DNA of 64,000 nucleotides from Hamiltosporidium tvaerminnensis FI-OER-3-3 (taxonomy: Eukaryota > Fungi > Microsporidia), in NCBI GenBank assembly GCA_022605425.2, contig JAKIMF020000001.1, positions 496,001-560,000 on the forward strand, written 5' to 3'. A program made the position numbers and the translations under genes. Below, in pieces: positions 49,017-61,300 of this stretch. How positions within the stretch are numbered: position 1 is the first letter of the stretch; each line of letters opens with the position of its first letter. The notes under the pieces are model-generated. The model ran no database searches. It was not told the DNA's origin and saw only the letters and a program-made list of their open reading frames with translations.

Positions 49017-50189
49017 AGAAAAATTTATTTCATATTTTAATTCATTAAGATTAAATTTATTTTCAATTCGATTTTAAAATTCGATTTTAACTATTTTATT
49101 CCCAACGTAATATTTTTTAAATAAATACGTCTAATTTATCACCAGGAAAACTAATATTAGATTTTGATGTTTAAGTTCTTTTAAGATTCTTAATATCAAT
49201 TATATAATTTTTAATTTTTTTTGTTTAACTAATAATATGCTGAGCAGTATTGAATGCTATTCCAATAAATCGAAAATTTAAAAGGTAGATCATTTATTTG
49301 CTAGCTAATAGTTATAAGGATGTTTCTAAAGTGTCTAGATTAAATCATGGATCTTGAATGTTTTATAATTTTATATTAATCTATAGGATTAACTTTAGTG
49401 AGTATTTTACTTAGTTTTCATAAATTTATATTGAAGCCAAAACCATCACTATATAAGTTTAATTAAATATTTATATACTAAGATGTTAATTATTTTTTTT
49501 TAATTTTATTTTTGGTAACTATCAAAAGCTAAATTTTAAATTAACATAAAGGTTATGTTTTTCTTTGATTTTGGATGCATAATATAAGCCGGAATTTTCA
49601 TCAGCTGTTATTTTCGTAATTATTCGATCTAAGTTTTTTAATTTCCTGAGGTTACGATGCCATCTATTGTTTTTTCTTTTGGCAGTTTAATTTAAAATCG
49701 AGTCAAGATTTAAATTATTTAGATACTCAGATCAATATTATTATTGGAATTTTAGACAACAATAAACTACAGAACTATATTGATTCTGTGTCATATAATA
49801 ATCTTTGGATCTAAACCTTTTATAATTGTTCGAAATACTGTCGAACTATTCAAGCTTAGAAAATTTAACGAATTTATAATAAATAAAAATTTGGGTATGA
49901 AAAGAAGTAAAGCCTATTTAAGCCATTGGATATTAAGTAAATCCATATCCGTGATAACATCTTAAAATTCTATTCCATACCATGGGCTTTATTTCCTGTA
50001 CTCTAAATCTATACTTTAAAATATTGGTTTTACATTTCTAAGTACCAAGCAATATTTTTGCATATAGCTGGATGTTATTTATGTCATATACTTTTTCTTT
50101 TTTTTTAAGTTAGATTGAAATTTTGGGTTGGTTTAGATTCTCTTTCGCAGCTCTAAGAATTCATACAACATAAATCATTATAATTGCAA

Positions 50190-50395
50190 CTTACTTACTT
50201 ATTCCATTCGTCGTTCACCTCTGGGTGTCGAAAATGAACAACTAGAAAATTTCGAAAGGCTTCTTTTAATCTGTTGTACTCATGGTGCTAGGGATTAACC
50301 TAGAGCTACAAAGTTGGACTGTATCCCACCAAAATGGCAACAATGATTTCAAATTAATTTCACACACTCAACGATAGCCAGATAGTTTATAAAGG
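50190..50395 (-). repeat. SINE-like repeat, mirror of copy B
   Basis: (CTTA)3TTCCATTCGTCGTTCACCTCTGGGTGTC. Confidence 0.65.
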
Positions 50396-50615
50396 TATTT
50401 AAATTGTAAATAGCAGTAAATTTATCAAACCTTGAAACATTGCATTTGCTCAAAAAATTTATACCCAGTAGAATTAATCAAATCCTGTAAATTTTGCAAA
50501 AATGACATTCAAATATAAAAACTAGAAACCATTTTGAGAAAAAAGTTAATAAAATAGAAAAAATCACGCAAATCATGTTGAGAAACCATAAACTTAATAT
50601 TTATTATTACTTTAT

Positions 50616-51908
50616 TCATTCTTTTGTATTGCTAGAAATATATTTGATCAAATCCTTAAACTCAGAAGGATTCTTTGCAATCATATTCAGTAAAACTTTT
50701 TTCACATCATAATAGTCACTTGAAAAATCCCATGTGGTCATAGTTTTAAACATTATTATATCAGGATCTAAATTTACGTGTTTCTTTAGTGTAATTTTCA
50801 GATCATATTGGGTTTTATCTTTTACTTTAAATGAGAAAAAATGAATTGATCTTTTAATTTCTAATGTATATAAGAATAAATAAAGAAAACAAGTCTGTGT
50901 TTTTTTGCCATTTTCATTAGTTCTTGAAATTTTAAAGCTATGATAAAAGTTTAAAAGTTTGAGTTTCTTTTGTAAGACTAATATCCTGTGGTTTTTTATG
51001 ACAACGTACTTATCGATGCACAAATATAAAATTTTATCAACATAATATGTGCGGGAATCGGTTATATTACGTGAAGAAAACTTCGTTTGTGTAGCTATAA
51101 ATAAATCTCGATGAATTTGTACGGGTAGATCAAAGCTTAAAAATGATATGTCTTGGATTTTGTGTTTTATGTTGTCTATTAATCGTATTACCGATTGAGC
51201 TTCCAAAGAAACAAAGAAATATTGTTTAATATATTCCTTTATGAAATTTTCATTGGAAATAATATTGTTTCTCATAAAATCTGTAGATTCATTTTTAATT
51301 ATAATTACTAAATTCAAATAGAAATAATCATTGTAATTTCTTAATATTTCAGTCATCACATTTTCATTATATTCTGCTGATTTTATTGGTTGGATTATAA
51401 AAACACCATCATATTCCGTCATATAGGTGTTTAAAACTTTGAATATTTTTTCAAAAAAGACTATAAATCTTGCAATAAATGAATAAGCATTTTCATGGTT
51501 TAAAATAAACACACTTTTCTCACATTTTCCAATATTTCTCTCAGTAGATCGAAATTTAATTGCAGAAAATGTTTTTTGCTTGTAAAACGAGAAAATAAAA
51601 AAATATCTTACGAAATGATTAGAAGTATATGAAGTGATAAGAAAATTTAGATCGAATTTTTTCTTTGGAATATATTTTAAAACTTGAGCACATGAATGTT
51701 CAGTTTTGTTTATATTATCAATACTTATTAGATGTAAATCATATTTCGAATTTTCCAAAAGTTGTTTTTGAACTGAATCAACATATAAATCTAAGAATTC
51801 GCGGAAATTGTCTTCTAGGTTTTGAATGTAATTTATTTTATTCCTTCCTAGAAATATAAAGTTGATTTTTAGTAAGAAAATTTGAATTATTTTGTTCATA
51901 AATTGCAT
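50616..51908 (-). CDS. Orphan 430-aa protein of unknown function, intact copy
   Basis: A 1.3-kb open frame in very AT-rich DNA with no recognisable domain; paralogue in the left arm. Confidence 0.75.
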   Translation of the reverse strand: MQFMNKIIQIFLLKINFIFLGRNKINYIQNLEDNFREFLDLYVDSVQKQLLENSKYDLHLISIDNINKTEHSCAQVLKYIPKKKFDLNFLITSYTSNHFVRYFFIFSFYKQKTFSAIKFRSTERNIGKCEKSVFILNHENAYSFIARFIVFFEKIFKVLNTYMTEYDGVFIIQPIKSAEYNENVMTEILRNYNDYFYLNLVIIIKNESTDFMRNNIISNENFIKEYIKQYFFVSLEAQSVIRLIDNIKHKIQDISFLSFDLPVQIHRDLFIATQTKFSSRNITDSRTYYVDKILYLCIDKYVVIKNHRILVLQKKLKLLNFYHSFKISRTNENGKKTQTCFLYLFLYTLEIKRSIHFFSFKVKDKTQYDLKITLKKHVNLDPDIIMFKTMTTWDFSSDYYDVKKVLLNMIAKNPSEFKDLIKYISSNTKE

Positions 51909-53587
51909 ACCAAATCAACGTATTTTGAATATCTTACTTATATTTTATTTAAAAAACTGTGATAAATAAAAATCATAACAATATGAAGTAAATTACTATT
52001 ATTAAATATAGACTTTTCTCTGGTTCCTAGATCGGTATTAATTTATTAAATTTAATTTAAATCAGAAATATATATTATTCTAGTTTTTGGAAATTAAAAA
52101 AAATGAATAATATCACAAGAAATAATAAAAAAGTAGCATATTTTTTTAGCTTTCTAAGCTAGATAAACATATCTATCGAACTTTGCAATCGTTTTTGAAA
52201 TACATAATTAAATTTTAAATTGAAATCAATCATTTAATCGTTTAATTCAAATTATTAAGGCATATGATTTCAAGAATTAATTAATTAAGTGAATTTATAA
52301 TTTTTGTTATTTCCCACAATGTTAATTTTGTCAGACACTTGTTTCTATTTCCATCATATTTCCGATTTTTTTGGGTAAAATATAAACAGAATCACTCTTA
52401 TATAATGTTTATAAATTTAAAACTTAATCACATATCAGAAAATATGTTTTTATAGTTCTTTTCATTGTTTTTCCAATACCTTGCTGATCGGCTGTCTAAA
52501 TACATTCAGACTAGAGTTTAGAAAACAAAAGTTTTCTCAATCTACTACAATATTATATCCTTCTCTATAATCTGTTTCACATTTTAGTATTACTCTGGAA
52601 CTAATAACCGATACTAAAACCAAAACCTAGCTGTTTATTTACTTGTTGTTGATACTATATAAACTTGTATCTAGAATATCACTCTAAGTTTTTAAAAATA
52701 CTTTTACAATTAGTAAAAGATAATAAAACCTAGTTTTATTTCAATTAAATTTATTTCTATTTTTTTAATACTTTGGCATTTGAAGATTGTCCTAGATAAA
52801 GTTTTCTACAACTGAACTTAAAATATATTTAATTCCTTTCAAAATATTTTGAAATTTTTTTTTTCTTGTGTTAACACTATTTCCTGCAATCCCTCTTTAC
52901 AATTTATAAAACATAAAAGATGCGATACATTTTATTAGATTGCTTTCATAATTTTAAAAACATGCTATAAACTCAGGTATATATAGCTTAAAATTTGATT
53001 TAATTCCCCATCCGTAGTTTTGCACTGAAATTTACCAATATTTCTTTAATTTTCCAGAATTACTAGGAAGTTCAAATAGGTTTTTGTAATATACACTCGC
53101 CTTGGACATAACAAAAAAAGCTATACTATGTTTGAATATCTTTTTTTTCCAATTACTATCATTATTCAAACTTTCAAATAAGTGAATGAATCTTTGGAAA
53201 CCCTTGATAGTTTTATTTTTTTCATTTTAGATATAAAAATACACTTCGGGATAATCGATATTCGAATTTGTTTGCTGAAAAGACTTTTTCCGTAAATTTC
53301 TTCTATAATGCTAGTTCGTTTTATAAAAATAAAAACAGGTGTAATTTTAATTAACCAAAAGCTATAGTTTAAGAGTCTATAGCTCAACCGCATTTCAATT
53401 CCTTTATTTTGTACTTTTAGCGAAAAATATATTGTTCTACAGATTAACGATATTTATAAATTATACACAACAAAAAACTTGGTTTTATAGATATTTTCTA
53501 GTTTTGTTAAGTTCTTTTATAATTACTATTAGGTTTATAAACAAATATTTCTCTAAAATTGAATGTATATATGCTTAGTGTTCTTAG

Positions 53588-53750
53588 TTACTTACTTATT
53601 CCATTTCTCTTTTTTTTCGGTATTGACGCTGTACAAATGAAATTTTTCATCTGTTTCTTTTAATCTATTGTAATTCGAGATTATAGAGGATTGGCTTTAC
53701 ATTCCGTGTACTATCCTACTGTACAAAAACCAGTAATTGTATTTTCGCAT
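53588..53750 (-). repeat. SINE-like repeat, mirror of copy A
   Basis: TTACTTACTTATTCCATTTCTC. Confidence 0.6.
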
Positions 53751-55299
53751 AAAACTTTTTAAGAATAAAATACAGGTTGAAAGATGAAGCCACAAAGAAG
53801 AAATTTAAAGAATTTCAACTAGCTAACCTATGCAACGAAATAGAAAAATAAAACTACATTCAAAGTTATGTAATACTAAAAATAACGAGCTGATAAGTTT
53901 GAATTTCCTCTAAGAATGGTTAAAAAGCGGAATGTAAGATTACTTGATCAAACAGTGTTCTGCTATATCCGGGGCAGAAATGTATTCTGACGGATTAGAA
54001 AATAAGAGTCAACACTACAAGACTATCAAGGAAAAATTAGACTATTTGACGACGAGATGTGAAAAAATGGACAGCCATAGTTATACTAGAGGAAAAAATG
54101 AAATGATACGATACATATATCTAATCTTACTTAATAGATATAAATTTGAGTTTTGAAACAAATTAGTAGTCACTCAATGCAGGAATTCTTGATAACGAGC
54201 ATGCAAAGATTAAAATTAACGCCGGAATCAAACTGATGGCGAAAAGGTCTAATAAGCAATATATATTAATCTAAAATAAGAGGGAAAATATGATAACTCT
54301 TATTTAGGTAAGAAACAATCTCAAGACTTTCTCAAGATAGTTAAAACAGATAAGCTTAGAAGGCATGACTTATTAAAAATAAACTAGGTCTTATTTATAA
54401 ATGGATCATGGTGATAATTCCTTATGTGATGAACCGGAACGGTATTGTAACAAAATACCATAGTACAAATGTGAAAAGACTATAAATATCTGAGAGTATA
54501 AAGTCATGTATCTGGTCGATAGTACTAAAGAAGACAGTCGAAAATTATATTCTGATCAGAGAAGAGCACTCGAATAGAGACTAAATCGCGAAGAAGGTAA
54601 GGAGAGTGTGTCTTTATGTGTTATTTAATTAGCAGAAATGCATAAAAAACAAACACCACCTTCGAGCGAGTAAATAACTAGGAATGTGGTGTTAAAAGAT
54701 CAAACATCGAAAATATTTTACCTTATTTTTGATGACGCAATCAGAGTAGAAGAATCGACAATAAACATGAATGAAGAGCCAGATTTAAAAAACCATACTG
54801 ATGGAGTTATTATTTAGATTAAATTTTATAAAAAAGATAAATTTTGTTAACCTAGAATTCTATTGAATAGTTTTTCTCGAAAAAAAATTTTATTTTATTT
54901 AATCCATAAGAATGGAAGAAAGAAGCTTGCAGAGTCAATAAATAAACCTTTTAATCAAAACATTTCTTTGGTAACACGGTTACCAAGCTATTTATTTCAA
55001 AAAACAAAGCAATTCTACCAAAATACACTAAATCTACATGCTTCGAAGAAGTTACGACAATATGAAAACTTAAAATACGAAAGATTATTTTAAGCTTTCA
55101 AAATAATTTTACCAGTAAGTCTTTGTCCCAACTTTTAAGCTATTCCTAATTGGATATTTTTTGATCCACTGAATTTAAAAAATAATACCAGTGGATTAAA
55201 TTCGCGCCTTAATAACCATCTTCTATATTCAATAAAACAATTTAAAAATACTTGCATAATTATTTTATACATAAAATATTTATATCTATATGTAACCAA

Positions 55300-58200
55300 A
55301 CTCCGCGAGAGATACGACGAGTTCTGCTCTGCTTGTCCCAACTATGAATAAAGGAGGAGTTGAGCATAGAGCCAACACTCTTATCTCACATAACCATATT
55401 TTTACGGATCCGAAACGTAATAAATAAGTTCTAAAAAAAATCAAATAATGAAAAAAAGTCTAATTAATATTGGAACATGGAAGATGCGAAGCCTTTTTCA
55501 ATTAGGTGCATCATATAATCTATCTAAGGAATTAGTGAAATATAAAATAGATATTGTTGTACTGCAAGAAATCAGATGAAAAGGGTCAGATATGATAAAA
55601 GCAAAGGAATACACAGTGTTCTACCGCGGTAACACGACTAACGTACTGGGCACAGCATTTGCTACATAAAAAAAATCTTGTGAAAAATGTTTTGGGATAT
55701 AAGCCTATTGATAAACGATTCTGCTCAATAAGATTCAAGGGGCATTTCTTTAACACGAAATTGATATGTATTCATGACCCAGCTGAAGATACTAATGAAG
55801 AAATAAACTATGCATTCTATGAATGATTCCTATTTGCCTACGAATGTGCCCGAAAAAATAATACTAAAAATTGTTATATGAAATTTGAACTCAAATATAG
55901 GAAAGGAGATAGGGTGCAAGCCTATTATCTGACAGGAAACTATCCATACAGAGCCAAAATCAATGGAATCACACAGATCGATTTTGTAGTGTGTAAGAGG
56001 ATGAAATATTCTAGCAGTTATTTTTCCCATAAAACAATACATAAATACACTCGGCGATCACCTGATGGTATACCATTCAATCAAATCGACCACTTATTTA
56101 TTGATTCGAAACAGGCATCAAGTGTCATGAATGTGAAGAGCTTTGGAGGCACTGAAGTGAATCTAGATCACTTTTTGGTTAAGATAATTTATAGGCAGCG
56201 AATATCCGCCTCAAAACCCCCGGAAAATCTAAATTATAAAGATATGATACTGTATGCCGAATGATTTAGACATTAGAGAAAAATGCAAAGACGCTGACTA
56301 AACCTTTAAACATGAACAAGCCTTATAAATCAGCTGACATAGATGACATCTGGACCAAGATAAAGAAAACAATCAAAGAAACAGCAGAACAAATGGTGGG
56401 ATTTAAACAAACCTGAGATACGAGATCTTGATTCGATCAAGAGTATAGAGAGGTTATAATCAACGAATCAAAGCCAGAATTAAAAATGCGACAACTTAAT
56501 ACCACTGTTATAAAACAGAAGTTCTGTACATCAAGAACCAATGAAAGCCGTGTTTTAATGGGAAAATAGAGGGTCTGAGGATTAAAAGGCTAAAAGAAAT
56601 AGAATGAATAGAAGAAAGTAAAAATATAAGAAGAATGTATGAATTCATATGAAATGAGAAACAAGGCCTTGTATCCAAAGCCTTTATTTTATAAGAAACG
56701 AATAGTAGAAATTTTTCGGATCCCAAAAAGTTTCGATACATAGCTAAATATTTTGAAAGCCTCCTAAACTGCATGAAAGAGGATAAATCTGATAAGGAAG
56801 AATATCATAATAATTCAGCGAAGTAAGAATATTAAAACAATCGAAGATCCAACTCTCTAAGAAACAATAACTGCCATTGTGTGTTTGATAAATCATAGAG
56901 CACCGGATAAACATAAAACTTAAGCTTAGTTTGTAAAATACGGGCGTGATAAATTATTCGCAAATTTATACGAATTAGTTAAAATCATATCAAAAAAATG
57001 CAGAAATGCCCGAGGAACGGATTTAAATCTGATAATACCTTTACATATGACAGGTACGAAGATAAACAAGTCTAATTATAGAAGAAGATCTCTATTAAAT
57101 ACTGGTGATAAAGTTTTAAGCGAAAAAGTTGCCAATAGATCAGAGAAAGAGCTGAATAATTATATGAGATTATCAATGACGATTCCGTAAAGGAGAGTCT
57201 ACAACAGATCAAATATTTTTTAGAAAGAATGATCTTGGAAAAATGCTACGAATATAATATTCCTACATATCAATTTTTTCTAGATTATAAACAGCTATTG
57301 ATACTAATCATCGGAAATACATGTTTAATGCTATTGGGGATTCTCGAATTCCATCAAAACTGATAGGAATTATAAAATTAACTCTAGCAGAAACGAAAAG
57401 GAAAGATATGGATAACAAACAATATTTCAAATGATTCTAGAATAAGCAAAAACCTAAAGAAAGGAGATAAGTTTCGTGGATTCTATGAAACCTAACAATG
57501 GAAAATATTATTCGTAAAAACAAAATCTGAGGAAATGAAATTATATATGATAGAAATTTTTTCCGCATAAAATATGCCGACGATCTAACTAAAATATACA
57601 GAAAGAAATCAAAATAAAATCTTTTTGGTACAATCGTAACAGAATCAACAAAAGCCGGATTAAAGATAAAACAAAAAAAAGTGACAGGAAATGAAATTTT
57701 CGCCAAATAACTTTAAAAATGCTTTCGAAATCGATTCATGAAGTCTGAAAGGGTATCGAGCTTTGTATTTGGGAACTTAAATAAATGAAACTAACAAAAG
57801 CAATAGGGGTAATTAAGGAAAATATGAAAGCAGGAAATAAAGTTTACTTTGTGCTACAATGCTTGATTAAATCAACATAAATAAGTAGGAATTCGAAAAA
57901 GAATATATATAGGACAATTATACGCTCTGTTGTAATGTATAGATAAAAGACTTGGATTATGAAGAAAAATAGATGAGCTAATTTTAGACACATGAGAATG
58001 AAAATTTTCGCAGAATATATAGCTGAAATCCAAAAAAAATGTGCGAAAAAGTTGAACTAATCAAGAAATTTATGACTTCTTTCGTGAAAAAAAATTGGGG
58101 ACTAAAACAAAAAGAGGTAGATTAACGTGGCTAGGACATGTAATACCAATGCAGTCTGATAGAGAGGCAAACCAAGTCTATATGTATAAACCCAATTGGA

Positions 58201-58367
58201 AAAGAACCAAGGTTAAACCACAGGATATATGAATGGATGATGTAAATAATTTCTATGAATATTTAATGTGAAACAGTAGGTGAAAAAAGCGAAAGTTAGA
58301 AAATAATAGAGCAAAATCGTCAAAGAAATCAGGGCTCTATAATAGCCGTAGCGCTATCTAGTAGTAG
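55300..58367 (+). mobile_element. Full-length decayed RTE-type LINE, mirror copy
   Basis: Target-site duplication TATATGTAACCAA at 55287-55299 and 58368-58380; INIGTWKMRSL, DIVVLQEIR, YADDL (~57572) and a (TAG)n tail. Confidence 0.9.
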
Positions 58368-61300
58368 TATATGTAACCAATAAAATAACTCATCAGAATT
58401 ATCATTTTCATTTATTTTAAAACTCTATTTAAAGCTTAAAAAAGTAATTAGTGAAAACAAAACAATTTTTTGGTGTCATGTTCTCCTTTGGAGCATTATT
58501 ATGCGTTTTTGCCTGATTTTTTTGATAGCCAGATCTCTTTTTTAGTGATGATCTTGATGGAAACGGAAATGGTAATGTATTTGTTTGTTCTAATATTTAC
58601 TTTGGGATCTAGTTTTGTTAAAGACAGCATTATATGATTAAATATTTTGAAAGACTAAGGTCACGCAAAGAATAAAAATAATCAATCAAAAGTCCGATGA
58701 TTGCAGTTGATTTTCTTCCTCGTAACACATAAATAAATTTGATTAAAACAAATAACTTCTTATATCCAAAAATAGGTTTTATTTAAAAATTAAAGACCTA
58801 ACAGATATTTGAATCCTATGTATCTGGTATGTATATTTTTTTTAAAATTCCTCTCTTTTAACACTTTTTATGAACCAAAAAAAACCTTGTAATTACTTTC
58901 TGAAACTTTTAATTGCCTATCTATGCTTAAATTTTTTTTAAATTTAAAATAACTTTAATATTTTTATAAGAATAATTGTATTTTTTTTATATTTTCTCTC
59001 TATTTTATTCTGTATAATTGTTTAATCTAAAAAGAATATTTTTTATGAAATTTCTATTTCAAGCGTAAAAATTTCGCATGTTATATACTTACTTATTTTC
59101 CAAATACCTGAAAAATAACAGTAGCGTATTCTATCGAAAACAAAACTATATAAATGACATGGTTTAGTCTTTGAATATATAGAGCTTTATTTTACACACC
59201 TAAACAATATAAAATATATTTCAGAAAAAATATCAAAAGTCGCGTTTAATATTTGAACTAATTTGAAAATTAACGAGAAAGTACCTCCTAATTTTATTTT
59301 AGGAAAATACTATATTTTTTAATATTCTCGGATTTTTTTTATACATATAGTTCAAAGCGATAATATTTTCACAGTCAAAAAAAGCCATTTTGATGTCATA
59401 AATCAAATGCGCAATCCGTCTACTTATCTATTATAGATAAATATCGAATTCATACAAACGCAAAAATCATAAGGCATTGTTTGATTAATTATGAAAATTA
59501 ATCACTATAAAAATAGCACCTATAATTTATAATAGTATTGTACAATAAAAATAATTTTTAATTTCGATTAAATTTTAAATATTCTGGTTTTTAAGCTGCT
59601 GTATTTTATATATATCATGTAAATATAAGTCTAAAAATAATCACAAAAAAATAAAGTTTTGACTAGAAAACACATGCTAAATATGATTCCAATTTGAGGC
59701 ATTTGAAAAACCATGATTTAAAATACAATATAGAAGCTAATGTTTGTGAGATAAAAATCTATACAAGACGTCTCAATTAAAAATAACATGTATTAAAGTG
59801 TAAGAATCATTATGAAAATATGTTTCTGTATATTTGTTCAACCTCAATTGATATTGAATGCCGAAAAATACAGAGAATATTCCGGAAAATTTTATAAAGC
59901 TTATTATTTAACCAAGAGTATTCTTAAAATCCAACCACTTCAAATTTCGGTATTTTACAGCACACATTTTTTATAAAACCTTTCTTTGTAATTTTAACCA
60001 GCGATAATATTGTTCGGAAAAAACCTACATCTGGCAAAAAAAGCCTTCTGAAAATTGCTTAAATGTTCAACAAGAATGAAGTATTTTTAAATCCAAACGT
60101 TATGTACATAATCGTATAAAACATAATTCATAATTTGGGATGTTTCTAATATTTTCATTTGTTTAAATTTATATAAATATAACCTCCATGATGAAAGTTT
60201 TAGAGGTAAATCACTTTTAGAAAGACAAAAAAATATTTCCTTGTTCAAAAAACTAGCCATTTGGTTTTAAAAATTTACGAAATTAACCTTTAGAAACATC
60301 AGCCAGGATTTTGTAATAATTCACGATTCTTATTCTATAAAATATCTGATAGTACCTCAAAAAGCGGACTAGTTAAACTTGAATCTGCGGCATTAAAAAT
60401 AATTTTTAGTACAGAATATATTTCAAGTCATTATAGTGGAAAAAAATGTGGATATACCATAGAAAAATATTATGTCTATCGATTACAAATTATAAAAGCT
60501 CCAATGATCATGTAAAACTTTTTTAAAATATGAGTCGTAATAACTTACGGGAACCCAAAAAAAAACATTAGCAACTAAATTTATAGTTTTTTTATAAGTT
60601 TCGTAGATATTAACATAAATGAGAAAAAAGAAAGCGAGAATCTTTAATTTAAATGTAATTTGCATTTACAATAGGTTTCTAAAGTATTTCGAATTGCAAA
60701 ATATGTGCGCTCAATAAATTTAAAAACCATTAGAATATATATAAATTTTACTGGGCCCATAACTTCCAAGTTAAAACGAGCAAAGTATTTTTTAAACCAG
60801 ACGTTAAATGTTATTTATAGTATTCTAGATATAAGACTAATTTCCAAAAGGCTCCGAGAATTATATGCACCAGCACAATTAGAAAAGGCTAATTAAGACA
60901 ATAAGAAGTTTGATATTAAAAACTCATACCAACACTTTTAATAAAATATTGAATGATGTTTTTCATCCTAATATTTATGAATTAGAACCGGTTCTCTAGA
61001 TAGAAACAAACAATTCTTCGTTAAGGTTGTTTCGTTTACAAAGTAAACTAATACTAACATCTCGTCCCCAAATTTTTGAAAATGATGAGTGATTGCAAAA
61101 TATAAATTTAATACTTAAGTATTAGAAGAAAATCAATATTATATTTATAATCAAGATCTTAATTTTTTTTATGAGCCATTTTTTTTCAAAAAAAGCAACC
61201 CAAATATAATCAAAAGAAGTGAAAGTTTAGGGATAATATTTCATAGAAGATTTTGATAATCATACAATGAAAATATGAACCGCTATTAAAGGATATTCTA

